A DNA stretch of 64,000 nt, from the NCBI RefSeq assembly GCF_009914755.1, contig NC_060932.1. One strand, written 5' to 3'. Shown here piece after piece: positions 1 to 17,700 of this stretch; positions within the stretch are counted from its first letter, which is position 1, and every line of letters starts with the position of its first letter. Both the position numbers and the translations under genes were made by a program. The stretch is from the human T2T-CHM13v2.0 reference genome, Homo sapiens. The notes below the pieces were generated by a model, which saw nothing but the letters and a program-made list of their open reading frames with translations, was not told the DNA's origin and ran no database searches.

Positions 1-365
1 AAATACTGTAGCTCCAGCCTCCCTCACAGCAAGTGGCAGCCAGTGAGACAGGGGGAGCCACAATGTAGGTCCTTGTGTGTGATAAGTGTACCCCCTCTTA
101 CTTTCACCCTTTTCTGGGGTTTCTTGCTCTTCTACTTCTTGTCTAGAAGGTTGATGCTTTGCTTGAAGGTGCAGCAGCCAATTTGTACCATGAAGATGAA
201 AGGTGGATGCTAAGGATAGTGGGATAAGAAGATTGACAGAGCCAGTGTTTCTGAATTAGTAGTCTGGCCCTGGATTGCTCAACCCTAGACTACCTAGACA
301 TCTTATGTATTAGATCATCGTGTGTTGGGTTTTCTATCACTTGCAGCCAAATGCATTCCCAATTG
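1..365 (+). mobile_element. MLT1-family (ERVL-MaLR) LTR, 3' part
   Basis: Resembles an MLT1 3' end (gcagcagcca..ttgtaccatgaag..; gggttttctatcacttgcagccaaatgcattccc). Old and diverged. Confidence 0.6.
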
Positions 366-454
366 CTGTAATTTTGAAATTTAACATTACACTAAAGGAA
401 GGCATGGACTTTTGCTGTCTAACTTATAGGACATGATTAAGAAAAGGTAATAAG

Positions 455-1161
<707 letters not shown>

Positions 1162-1304
1162 TTAGAACACAAAGTCTGAAAAGTGATCTGACTAGGAAAA
1201 CAGAATCTTTGAAACTTCCTGGAATCCTGAAGGAGTAAAGCCTATGAGCAGATGCAAGTCTTTGAGTGAAGCAGCGTGGGATAAGACAGAACCAAAAAGA
1301 CAAT

Positions 1305-1405
1305 GATTCTATCTCAGCTCTGCCACTTACTGCAGTGTACTGGAGTAAATTGATTAATTGCCTCAAGACTCGGTTTCCTTCTCTGTAAAATGAGGCCATA
1401 AACTC
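1305..1405 (+). mobile_element. MIR fragment
   Basis: MIR core: ctctgccacttact...ctcggtttccttctctgtaaaatgagg. Confidence 0.65.
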
Positions 1406-1692
1406 TACCTGGCAGGGGAAAAAAATCCACATCCTAGTCCATGCAAAGTCAACCCCTGGAGCTGGGCACACCATACCTGTACAACCAGACGTGGTAGGAA
1501 TGATCCTTTGCTATGGGTATTCAAGCATGGGTATTATGATCCTTTGCTATGTCTTTATTTTACCCTTACAACACCAGTGTGAAAAGATACGGTTATCCTT
1601 TTTCTATAAACAATGGAACCAAGGTTCAGAGAAGTTAGTAACAGGCCTGACGTCACCCTGCTTGAACTTGGCAGTGTAAAAGTCTCTCCCAT

Positions 1693-2033
<341 letters not shown>

Positions 2034-2049
2034 TCACTACCTACCAGAT

Positions 2050-2905
2050 TCAGTAGAGATCACTAGCCTTGGTTTTATGACAGGAAAACCAAGCTGGGCA
2101 AGTTGTCATGCAGAACAAAAACAAACTCTCCATTTCCCACCCTGTCCTGGAGCACAGAGTCACCATATATCTAAGTCTTCGCCAATGAGAAGTAAGTAGA
2201 GGTGTGTGGGAACTACAAGGAATTTCCTTAAAGACATCTGTGGACATGTACTTTTCTCCTTTGTCTGGCTGGACCATGACTGTGATGGTTGGCACTTCAG
2301 CAACTATATCAGGCCCTGAGGTGACATTCAATAGAGAAACTATATGCTTGAATGAAGGAGCAGAGACTTAGAAAGCTACTCTCTGATGACACCATGTAAC
2401 CTCCATGCTCACTGTATTAGTCCATTCTTGCACTGCCATGAAGAAATACCTAAGACTGGGTAATTTATAAAAGAAGAGGCTTAATTGACTCACAGTTCTG
2501 CATGGCTGGGGAGGCCTCAGGAAACTTACAATAATAGCGAAAGGCAAAGGAGAAGCAGGTACCTTCTTCACAGGGCAGCAGGACAAAGTGAGTGCAAGCA
2601 GGGGAAATGCTAGGTGCTTATTAAACCATCAGGTTTCGTGAGACTCATTATCACCAGAACAGCATGGAAGAAACTGCTCCGGTGATTCAATTACCTCCAC
2701 CTGGTCCCGCCCTTGACACATGGGGATTATGGGGAATAAAATTCAATTCAAGGTGAGACTTTGGATGCGGACAAAGCCAAACCATATCTCTCACCCTATA
2801 TTTTCTGCCTTTGGACTGCTGTTTGATGAGGGAAAAATAAATGTTTCTCTTATTTTATCCATGTATTTTATTTTCTATTCTATGCAGTGAAATTAATCCT
2901 AACTT
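2050..2905 (+). mobile_element. Old MLT1-family LTR interrupted by a THE1D LTR
   Basis: MLT1-like motifs (gccaatgagaagtaagtagagg, ctgatgacaccatg, aataaatg..aatcctaac) on both sides of the THE1 insert. Confidence 0.6.
2413..2789 (-). mobile_element. THE1D-like solo LTR (MaLR)
   Basis: tgtattagtcc...aaaccatatc ends; 5-bp TSD ctcac at 2408-2412 and 2790-2794. Confidence 0.9.
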
Positions 2906-3091
2906 ATAAATCCTAACTGAGATAACTGATGCACCTGTTGGTGCTTTTGGTTTAGAAGCTTAGCCTGGGGTAGTGGGCCACACACTTATACCTCTGGTCT
3001 GGGATAGCTGGAGAGTGGGCCAAGGGCAAGGTCTGCTGTGAGGACCAGGGGTGTCTTCACATTCTCAAGGACAGGCAATTGTGGGACACAA

Positions 3092-3320
3092 GAAAGTGCC
3101 CTGGGCTTGGAGTCCAGTCTAAATCCAACTGCTGGTCATGCTCACATGAGCTGTGTGGCTCTGTGCTGGGATCCTGGCCTCCCTGAGCTCCAGCTCATCC
3201 TCTGTAAAGCAGAGATCAGATAAATACTTCTACCTCATTAGTGCTGTTATGAAGAACAAGCAGATGCTGAGTGGAAGCACCTAGCATGATTTTGCATCCT
3301 AACAGGTGCCGGGTCCATGA
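3092..3320 (+). mobile_element. MIR
   Basis: ctgggcttggagtc...ctcatcctctgtaaagcagagat...tacctcattagtgctgttatgaag. Confidence 0.65.
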
Positions 3321-4366
3321 GTACAACATTGCTTAATCTGAATCTGGAGAGAAACCCACACATTTTCCACCTTTTTAGCTTTCTCTTCTCTTTTCCTCTC
3401 TCCTCATATAATCCCACCTTCCTTCTCAGTGCTTCTAATCAAACTTAATTGCTTCCCTCTATGGTCCCATCTTAATGCTTCATGTAGTTGGGATGAGTAC
3501 TCACACAATGAGTTGCAACTGGAGGACTCCTCAAACCATGAGCAGCCAAGGACAGGGCCTGGGGTTTAATGTCTTTGTGGGCCCAGGGTCTGCCATGTGG
3601 TTTCGTGCTCAGAGGCTCTTGGCATCATTTGCTGATTTCAAGGGCTTTGATTTTCTCTACCCTGATGGGGAGGAATGCCTGTGGTGAGTGCCAGTTGTAT
3701 TTTTTCCTGACACCTCTCATGGTTCATGAAGTTATATTTAGCTTCTAAAATAACCACAGCCCAGAGCAAAGGCCACCTGACTGCAGACCAGACTACACAA
3801 TTGATGTGCAGGTAGTCAGGAGTAAAAAGGGACGGCCCTTGGGGCCACAGAACCTGGCTTCATTCCCAGCCCTGTTTCCACTAGGCCTCTCTGTTCTCAT
3901 GGGCTACATGACGTAAGTGACAGGTAGTTATTGAGATGACTAAATGAGTGTCAGGTACTGAGGACACAGATGCAGGAACTTGACCCCAAGCTGCTCTCAA
4001 GCAGCTGTCAATCTGGTGTGGGAGGCAGACTCAGAGGCAGCCAGGACTGAGGCGGGAGGGCAGAGGGGTGAGCATGGGCTGGGGCGGGGTGGGAGACGGC
4101 CTTGTGGAAGGGCTGCAGGGCCTCTTGCCTCACTCTGCCCCTTTTGCCCAAGTCCCTGGCAAAGAGAAGGTGTTCATCAAACGTCCACTGACAAAAAACA
4201 GGGGCATGAACAATGCAGAAAACAGAACTCAAATTAAATCCACAGCTGAGTGGAGTGCAGTGTTACTATCTTCAGCAGCTTCAGGATATGCAAAATCTCA
4301 TGCGCTTTTGAGGGGAGGTGAAAGATCAAGACAAATGGGTGTCTGATCAACGTTTTTTTTTTTTTT

Positions 4367-4510
4367 TCAATTCAATCAACAAAGGTTTCCCACGTGGTGC
4401 TCCCTCTGAATGAACCACTGTGCCAGGCGCCGGGGCTGCTGAAGTGACCAATCCAGCCCCTGCCTTCAAGTGACATATAATCAAGGGTAATACAGACGAA
4501 TAGAGCAATT
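4367..4510 (-). mobile_element. L2 3' end fragment
   Basis: ttcaatcaacaaa...tgtgccaggcgc...cccctgccttcaag is the reverse complement of the L2 tail. Confidence 0.55.
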
Positions 4511-4580
4511 ATCGCACACTGAGGCTATTAGGGTTAAATCTATAGGTATCCTACTTTTCAAAACAAAATATAGAAAAACA

Positions 4581-4988
<408 letters not shown>

Positions 4989-5629
4989 TTATTTTAACAA
5001 TTTGCGAGAACTGGATGAGATATTTTACATGGCAGCTGTAGCCAAGGACCCTGAGTCCACAGCTGTCAGAGTCATGCACACTCATTACAGGGGCTTGTTG
5101 GGTCCAAAGGGAAAGCAGGCAAGAACCCACTTGTAAGCCTGGTCAGGGGAAGGTGAGAAGCAGTGATGAGTGGGCGGGACTTGAAGGATAAACTTCCCAC
5201 CCCTATGAGCTCACAGCAGTCTCTAGCTCCTGCCTCCTCAGCAAACAAGTCAAACGTAAATTAGGAGGATATGGGAAGGAAAAGAGAAAGAAGAAACAGA
5301 CAAATGTCAGGTTTCCTACAAAGGCAAAAGCGTGCAGGACCCCATGTGAGATGACAAGCGATTAAAGGTATTGTTTTAAAGTGGAGTGAGTATAAACTGA
5401 GTGCTGTGGAAATATTGCCATGAATGTCTGCACTCGTGGAGGCTGGAGGGTGTCTGGGGCTTTGGTTTGGGGATGGAGTTGACAATGACGGCTGCCCTTT
5501 GAGGCAGGGATTTCTCAAGGTGACCTGAGAGGTGATTTTTATAACCCATTAACCAATAAAGAAATGACATGTTTTCACAGCATTTCTTTGAACAATTCTC
5601 AATGGGAAATTTTTCTCCACAGTCCACTT

Positions 5630-5935
5630 AACTGTGAAGGGCCAGAGAGTAAGTATTTCAGGCTTTGTGGGCCATGGGAAATCTGTTGCAGCTACTCAGC
5701 TCTGTTGCTGCAGTGAGAAAGCAGCCATGGGCAAAACGCAAACCAGAGGGACTGAGTTCCAACTCAACTTTGTGGACAATGAAATTTGAATTTCTATAAT
5801 TTTCACATATCATAAGATATGATTCTTCTTTTGATTTTTTCCAACTATTTAAAAATGTAAAACCAGTCCTTAGTTCACAGGCTGTACAAAAACAGTCAGA
5901 GGGAAGATTTGGCCTGTGGTTTATTGATACTCACT
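5630..5935 (+). mobile_element. MER58B-like hAT-Charlie DNA transposon
   Basis: ctgtgaagggccagagagtaagtatttcaggctttgtgggcca...gaaatttgaatttc...ccttagttcacaggctgtacaaaaacag. Confidence 0.8.
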
Positions 5936-6822
5936 CTCATCTTCAGAGAGAGTCCCAAAGGACTCATCACTGTGACCCCTCACGTGGCCAAATGCAGCGG
6001 GCGCCCCGTCTGTCCCAAGCTCCAGGGAGAAAATATCAATATCATGCCCACAAAAACAGTCTGAGAAAAAGTTTATTTATGTAAACTTTCAAATATATGT
6101 TTATAAAAACAAATATGTATGTGTGATACATGTGATATGTATGTATATGTGCTCGCATATGTATTCACTCTTGGTGTGGTCTTTGCTGCTTGCTTCCATA
6201 TATCCTTTGTTTTTTGGGTAAAGATAATTTATTAAATGTGTAACTAAATGAAGTGATGATCTAATGATGGTATGATGGTATGTTGTATGTCTTTCCCTTT
6301 AAATGAGTTCATAAGGCAGGAAATATCCTGGCAGGTCACACACCCCATGTGCAGTTTGGAATGTCTGGCATCTTCTCAGACATTCTGAGGTCACACACCT
6401 TGCCTGCCTGTCTCCTTCCTCTTCCTCAGTTTCCTTCCTTCGACCACCATTTCAAGTGCTGTGAAAATTAGGTACAAAGGTACACTAATCTCAACAGCCT
6501 TGTCCTTGTCCTTCAATGGGAAACATGGACTATCCTGCCTCTTGGTGCTCTCTTCATTAGTAAGGCCAGGCCTGGAACACTCCTATGGAGGACAACAGGT
6601 CTTTTTCAGAGATTCTACTATTTCCTCCTTCTAGAACATAAACTTTCCTAGGAAGCACATTTTTATTGGTCATCTGTGTAGCCCAAGGGGTTTAGACAAT
6701 GCTTTTGCATAGTAAGCACTCATATTTGTTTAAAAATTTTTTGAGTGACCACTAATGTGAACTTCTCTGTTTCTTGTTAGGTGATTTCTCATTCCCTAAG
6801 AGAAGTATAAAAATAAGAAAGC

Positions 6823-7081
6823 CTTTGGGAGGCCGAGGCAGATGGATCACAAGGTCAGGAGATCGAGACCGTCCTGGCTAACACGGTGAAATCCCATCTC
6901 TACTAAAAATACAAAAAATTAGCCGGGTGTGGTGGTGGGCGGCTGTAGTCCCAGCTACTCGTGAGCCTGAGGCAGAGAATGGCGTGAACCCAGGAGATGG
7001 AGCTTGCAGTGAGCTGAGATTGGGCCACTGCACTCCAGCCTGGGCGACAGAACGAGACTCCGTCTCAAAAAATACATAAAT
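6823..7081 (+). mobile_element. 5'-truncated AluY
   Basis: Starts at ctttgggagg. Y diagnostics ggctaacacggtg and gaatggcgtgaaccc. TSD aaataagaaagc at 6811-6822 and 7082-7093. Confidence 0.93.
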
Positions 7082-7239
7082 AAATAAGAAAGCAATATTA
7101 ATTTACTGATTTCCTATCCCCTCACTTCCTGCTTAGGATCTAAGCTTTACTGAAGAGAGATCATCGTATTTTTTCATTCATTAGATATCACCCTTATTAC
7201 TTCACGTGAAGCCTCTGCCTGGTTTATTTATGTATTTAT

Positions 7240-10990
<3,751 letters not shown>

Positions 10991-11173
10991 ATTTATATAT
11001 TTATATCATTCCATTCCACAAAATTTCAAGGTATATTATAACGGCATATGAAGTGTAATGATATAGAAAAATGTGAATTAAAAATTAGGTCATTGGAAAA
11101 TGTGTTATAAAGCAGATTTCAGTGGGCATACAGGCTGGGTCCACCTCGGCTGGACTCATTACTGCTGTCCAGG

Positions 11174-11530
11174 TGCATTAGTTCTTTCCCATGATGCTAA
11201 TAAAGACATACCCAAGACTGAGTAATTGATAAAGGAAAGAGGTTTAATGGACTCACAGTTTCACATGGCTGGTGAGGCCTCACAATCATGGCAGAAGATG
11301 AAGGAAGAACAAAGGGACTTCTTACATGGTGGCCGGCAAGAGAGCATGTGCATGGAACAATAAAACCATTAGATTTTTGTGAGACTTATTATCTATCATG
11401 AGAACATCACAGGAAAAACCCTCCCCCATGATTCCATTACCTCTCACCAGGTCCCTCCCATGACACATGGGGATTATGGGAGCTACAATTCCAGATGAGA
11501 TTTGGGTGAGGACACAGCCAAACCATATCA
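11174..11530 (-). mobile_element. THE1B/C-like solo LTR
   Basis: tgcattagt...aaaccatatca; perfect 5-bp TSD ccagg at 11169-11173 and 11531-11535. Confidence 0.92.
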
Positions 11531-11616
11531 CCAGGTGTATCTGGATGTCTCCAGGGAATGGTAGGGCGATTGAGGAAAGACTCACAGTGGTGGGAGAACA
11601 AACTGGGATGAAGGAG

Positions 11617-12137
11617 CATTTAGAGACCCCCAAGACCATCACCGCGTTTGGTAATTTGCTCGGAGGACTCACAGGACATAGCCTATAGTCATACTCATGG
11701 CAATAATTTATTACAACTAAAGAATGTAAAGCAAAATCAGCAAAAGGAGTGTGCATGGGGGAAAGCCCAGAGGAAACCAGAGGAAAGCTCCCAAGAGTCT
11801 TTTCCCCATGGGGTCACATGGCATATATTCAATTCTTCCAGCAACAAGTCATGCCATGTGTTAAATGCTGTCTACCAGGAATACTTCTTAGAGACTCAGG
11901 GCCCAAGGCTTTTATTGTCTGCCTCTACCTGGCACATACCAAAATTCCAGACTCCCAGAAGGGAAAGCAGAAGTTCAACATATACCACATCGTCTGTTTA
12001 GGTACTGTGAGCCACGCTTATCAATTCTGGGGAAGGTGGAAACCCTCCCCAAGTCCAAGTTCCCAGATGACGGCCATGCCTGCAGGTCTTTCTAAGCATA
12101 GCAGCCTCAGACCTGCTCTGTTAACTCATTTTTGGGG
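11617..12137 (-). mobile_element. MER68/MER21-family ERVL LTR
   Basis: Reverse complement begins gagttaacagagcaggtctgaggctgctatgcttagaaagacctgc. AATAAA on minus at 11707-11712. Confidence 0.8.
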
Positions 12138-14108
12138 GAGAACTCAACCTGATGAGTGCAGGGGTTGGCTTCAAGAGCTGTACCAGGAACAGACTTTAAC
12201 CTCCCGAGAAGAGTGGTGGCTCAGAGGATAGTGTGGTGACAATTCCAAAATACGCCTTTAGCAGAACCTGGGGAAACTGGCTGAGTCCTAAGGAGAGATA
12301 TGGCTTTGCATAGGGTAGCTACTTAAATAAAAATACCACTGCCTTCCTAACTTGGAGGTGAATCCTGGGAATTCAGGAGAAGAGATTGGGCACAGAATGC
12401 GTCATTGTCTGACAACGTCCTACAGCTCTGTTGGTTACCCAAGGCAGCAATTGCATGAACAATCTCTAAACAAAATAAGACCACGACTGTTCACAAGAAA
12501 TGAGGCCAAGCAAAGTTATGTTACCAGAAAGAATATATATGACTGCCATATGGAGTCCAAATCAGGGTTTTTTGGAAAATAATGTTCATGGTATAAGGTG
12601 GGTTTTATTTGTATCTCAGAATGGAAGAGTCCTCCCCTCCTCCTGCCCTGTTCTAAGGGGTAGAGCTTACTCTTCCAGATGGCCCCACCTAAACCTAAAC
12701 CTCACAAGGTCAGCCTGCAGCAAAACAAGATCCTACCTTTCTCTCTGCGGCTCCCAGAATGATGCAATTGACAACGTTTTTAAGACACAGCAGAAGGCTT
12801 AGTTTTGATCACTTTTATAGAGAGGTCTGGTACTTCCAAGAAAACGGGACAGCTGGGGTCCTGTTGGGGGAAGAGGATTAAGAAGACAGGGCTTGAGAAA
12901 AGAGAGGAATGGAAGCATGGATTATGGAAAGAGTATCAATTGAGGACATCAACTCAAGTCCTAGAGTGCGAGGCTTTGCTTCTGGAATGACAGTGAAGGG
13001 GCTGGCAGTTCTTTCACCAGTGGTGTACAAAGTTGGGTCAATTATCGGAGCTTTTTGGAAAGAATACCCAAAGCTTTCTTGGAGATCCAGTATCTGTTTG
13101 TACTTTGACGACAGGTGAGAACAATGACAAGGGATCCACACTGTCAGGAATCTCATTATGCACCACTGGCTAGGTGATGGCCACTGACCATCCACAGCTG
13201 AAGACACAGGAGAGGGAGACAGTATTCTCACTTCTACCCCAACACCCCCAACTTGCACACAGAACAAAGACCAGGGAAAACATTTTCAATTCATGCAAAA
13301 GTAGTCTCTTCTCTAAAGTCTGAGAGCCCTCAAAGAACTGCACTGGGAACTCTTCTATTAATAGTAAAGGATTGCCTGCAATTCCTGGACATGTTGGCAT
13401 GGCCAGAGCCCAGGGGCATGCATAGTGGTCCAAAGAACAGCAGCAGAGACTGGAGGCTGGAGGGGAGGATGTCCCCAGAAGGTGCTGTCCAATTGAGTAG
13501 AGAAACACTGACACTGTGAGAGGTTCCCCAGAAATACATGGGCACACAAGCTGGAGGTCCTTCATCAGCAGATGGGGCTAGAGCCAGAGAAATTTGAATG
13601 AAGGCCATGGCAATGATCCCAGATAAACTCACATACTGACACCTTGGAAAATTTGAGTTATATTAGATAGAATTCAAAGATACTACCAGAAAAATAATTA
13701 ATGAATAGGTAAGTACAATATTACAGTTCAGTGTGGCTTTCAGAGAAATACAGCCAGAGGAAATTAAAATTTTTCTTTTCTATTTTTATCTGCATAACCT
13801 AAGGAACACCAAAGAGGATCTAATTCATAATTCTGAAGCACTCTTCTAAACTGCCTCTGAGGATCTTTTATTTGGCCTTGCATTGATTTGTAAATATTTT
13901 TATCTCCAGAACCCTCCAAAGGAAGGAGAGGCAGGCAGTGATGTAGGTTCTAAAAATGGCCTAGGGGTAAAATTAAACCTGTATCTTCCCCCACCCCCCA
14001 TCACCCACATCTTTTATTTATACAACAACAGGTGAGGAACCACCTCCTCTTCTTGACACAGGGAACATTGCAATGTCACCTAAGAGCTTCATGGAGGAGG
14101 AAGGGCGT

Positions 14109-14978
14109 TGTGGTGGACTGTATTTTCCAAAGATCTCCCAACAATATCTCTTGTTCCACATGCTCTTTGAGAACCTTGTACTCTCCCCAGCAAGAGGTGG
14201 AGACTCTTCTCCCTTTGAACCTGGGCCGGCCTCTGTAATTTCCCTGATGGTTAGGGTATGGCAGAAATGAGCTATGCAACTTCCAAGGCTAGGTTTTTAA
14301 AATGCCATACATCTGGCTGGACGTGATGGCTCATGCCTGTAATCCCAGCACTTTGGGAGGCCGAGGCGGGTGGATCATGATGTCAAGAGATCAAGACCAT
14401 CCTGGCCAACATGATGAAACCCTGTCTCCACTAAAAATACAAAAATTAGCCAGGCTTGGTGCGTGCCTATAGTTCCAGCTACTCGGGAGGCTGAGGCAGG
14501 AGAATTGCTTGAACTGGGGAGAGGGATGTTGCAGGGAGTCAAGATCATCGTGCTACTGCACTCCAGCCTGGTGACAGAGTGAGACTCTGTCGAAAAAAAA
14601 AAAAAAGCCATGCATCCCTTCATTGTCCTCTTGGGGTGCTCACTCTTGGAACCCAACCACTCTGCCCTGCCCTGAGGAAGCCTGGACTAGCTGTCATGGA
14701 CATGTGTGGCCGTTCTGGCTGTCGGGCCACTTGAAGGCTGGTCAAAAGCATCAGCTGCCAAATGCACAAGTAAAGACATCTCCAGATGATTCCAGCCTCC
14801 AGATTCCAAGTCACCCCTGATCTGTGGGTCTTCCAGTCTGAGGCATAAGAGAAAAGTCAAGGTGTCCTCATTGTGCCTGTTGGCATTTCTGACCTACAGA
14901 GACCCTGAGCATAATAAACTTGTTGATTTATGTCACTAAATACAGAATGGTTTGTTAGGTAGCAATAGTAACCAGACA
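14109..14978 (+). mobile_element. MLT1 (G/F-like) LTR interrupted by an Alu
   Basis: tgtggtggactgtattttccaaagat start; gcaatagtaaccagaca end. Confidence 0.75.
14315..14601 (+). mobile_element. Alu, AluSc-like
   Basis: Full dimer; degenerate TSD aaaatgccatacatc / aaaaagccatgcatc. Confidence 0.95.
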
Positions 14979-15599
14979 GCATTGTTTTTCCTTTGTTGGT
15001 GGAGGTGAGCAGAGTAAATAATACGATTCTCTGTAACCCTGGGTCCTGCTGCAGGAAGCTCCTGGCTCATGGTGGCCATGATTTCTCACCTTGATAGCAT
15101 GAGGACTGGCTCACTTACCCAGTGCAGCTGAAGCAAGATGATAGCTCATTATATCAGACTTCATGTCTCTCTGACAAAAGCTCCACTGGTTTATAATGAT
15201 TCCAACAATGGACGTTCTTGTCAAGGAAGAGATGTCTTGTGCACTTTGTCTTGCCTTCCCCTCCACCAGCAGGACCTTCACTGTGTCCCTGGGCCCTGGC
15301 AGCACTCCCCACTCCTGCCCAAGCCTGAAAGGAGCTCCCCTGGGCCCCTCAGATCCAACACACCACCAGCCTCAGTCCAGGCACACCACCAGCAGGGGGT
15401 CAGGGGATATGTCACACTGGCTGTCAGGGATGGTGACAACCTTGGTGCTGTGGGCAGGGTGAGTGCCATGGGAGAGGTGTGGCACATAGCAGGTTGGGGC
15501 CCAGATCTGATGTGTTCAGCCTTGCCCTTGGGTAACACTCAAAGGGGGCATTTATATCAAGGAGGGCTGAGGTTGGGGCCACATTGGCACAGCAGATGA

Positions 15600-15980
15600 T
15601 GGGGATTAAATGCAGACAGGGTTTGGAGAGGATTGGAGCTGCTTTAGTTGAGGTAACGTGTACAGGAGTTAGTTTCCAATTGAATGTTGAATATAGGAAG
15701 CAGTGACAGGGTTTTCTAATCTGGGTGATTGGGAAGTGAATCCATAAAACAAAAGCCAGAAGAGGCAGAATAAGATGAAGTGGCAGAAAAAATGAGGAGG
15801 AAGACACTGAACTTTATATGGAATCATGTATAAGACATCCAGGAGAAGAGAGAGGAAGTTTAGGCACAAACTCAAGGCCTAAAATAGAGATTTCAGAGGC
15901 ATCCACCCAGAGCTGGTGGCAGAAGCCATGAGACTGGGCCCTGGGAGTGGGTGCACATGGAGTAGAGGGTGGAGGGGAGA
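15600..15980 (-). mobile_element. L2 fragment
   Basis: Degenerate L2 motifs (agacatccag, agaagccatgagactgg). Confidence 0.45.
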
Positions 15981-17349
15981 GGCGACCCTCAGTGACCAGC
16001 CTTCATGTGATGACTGGAGGGAGCAGAGTCCTCTGTGGAAGGAACATTAGAACTGGAATCATGGGACCTTTGAAGCGAATCTTCCCTGGCACCTGATATG
16101 GTTCCTCGTGCCTCCTAGGTGCTTGGTAAATGTGTGCTGAGTGGAGAGCCCAAGCAGCTGGACAAGCTGCAGCTGATCTCGAATACAAGGAAAACACCAG
16201 ACCAAATGCAAACAGCAATAATTAGGGAGCAGACGTAGAAGCGAACCGCTAATTTAGCTTGGGTCTGCCACAGAGTGGTAGATACATTGGCCTGACATGC
16301 GTCAGTTGCAGATGGGGTAGCACTTTCCATCCAAATGCATCAGGAAAGCTGTGACAGGCTGCAAAGGGTGACAGACACACACCACATGCTGCAAGTCAGC
16401 TGTCACATGGGGGGCAGTCTTCCCATGAGCAACGAAGGAGGACATGGCCACTCAAGCCCGGGGGGCTTGAGCCAGACTCACATCTCCTCAGTGGTCACTG
16501 TCAGTGGTCTCCCCTGGACATTTGCAGGCCACTCACATGCAGGAGCATGCAGCTGCCAGGCTCATCATGGCAGCCAGGAGGAGAATGCAGACACAAACAG
16601 CTGTGTGGGGGATGGTGACCAGGATAGGCATTGATACCACAGGGCCGGTTCACCCTGCTCAAGAAAAGGAAATCAGAAGGAAATCCGAAGGAAAATGCAT
16701 GGCATGCAGGGTGTTGGGCATCACGCCTGATGAGTTTCTTCGTCGTGAGGACTGGGAGGAGAACTGAAGGCCTCTCCTGCTGCTGGCGGTGCTCACATGG
16801 GAGCCATAAGCAAACCAGGCCCCTGGAAGTAAAAAAGGATCAGTGGCAGAGCATGAGAGGGTGGCATGAGGGACTTTGGAAGGAGCAGCCGGAGCGCCAG
16901 TTTCTGGAATCACTGCTTATTATCCATGAACTTTTAAGCATGAATGTTAACCTTGTCAGTGTGATCCAAACACAACAGATTTGTCTTCCACTATGCCTTC
17001 ATCTTTCTTCAGTGGGGGTGGCCCTTTCCTGCCCCTGGATGAAGATTCAGGCAGATCCCGTGGCATTTCTTCTTGGCCCTTCAGCCATTGGACTCATATT
17101 CTTCGTCTCTATTCAGAGATGAGATTGTCCCTATAATGGTCAAAACCCTGACTTTGCATCCTCTGTCTCCTCTCCTCTTCTGTCCCCTTCTCAGGATGCT
17201 GAAGTTAGAAATGCAACAGAAAAGGTGGCGGTAATGTGGTTCTTCCTCTCCCTTCTCTCATCCTGCTTACATCATGGTCTACTGGACTCTGGATCTCTAG
17301 CCGCCTCCTCCAGTGTGGGAGAGGTGGAGTGGGGGATGAAGGAAGATAA

Positions 17350-17700
17350 AAGGGAGAATGCTGGCTCCTTCCCCTGCCCTTCACCATGCTGTGTGCCCAG
17401 GAAGATGACCTCGAAGGACCCCATCAACAGGCTCCCTTGCCTCTGGCTTCCAGTGGGTTTTGGTCACTGGGAAGCTTTAGCAAGAGATGGGAGGGAAGAA
17501 GGGAATCAGGTCAAGATGTCCATTCCCCCAGCTGTCTCCCTGTGGCTGGTACTGGGTGGGCTGCCCCTGGAAGGGGGTCTCAGTTCCTGTCAGTTGCCTA
17601 CTGGACTCAATTGTCTCTCTGGGTCCTGGTGACCACCCCCTCCCTTATTCATTCAAGTCACAGGCTAGGAAAAACAGGACCTTGACTGTTCTTAAGGGCT
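17350..17700 (+). mobile_element. LTR33-like ERVL LTR fragment
   Basis: cccttgcctctggcttccagtgggttttggtcactgggaag..caagagatgggaggg motif. Confidence 0.55.
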
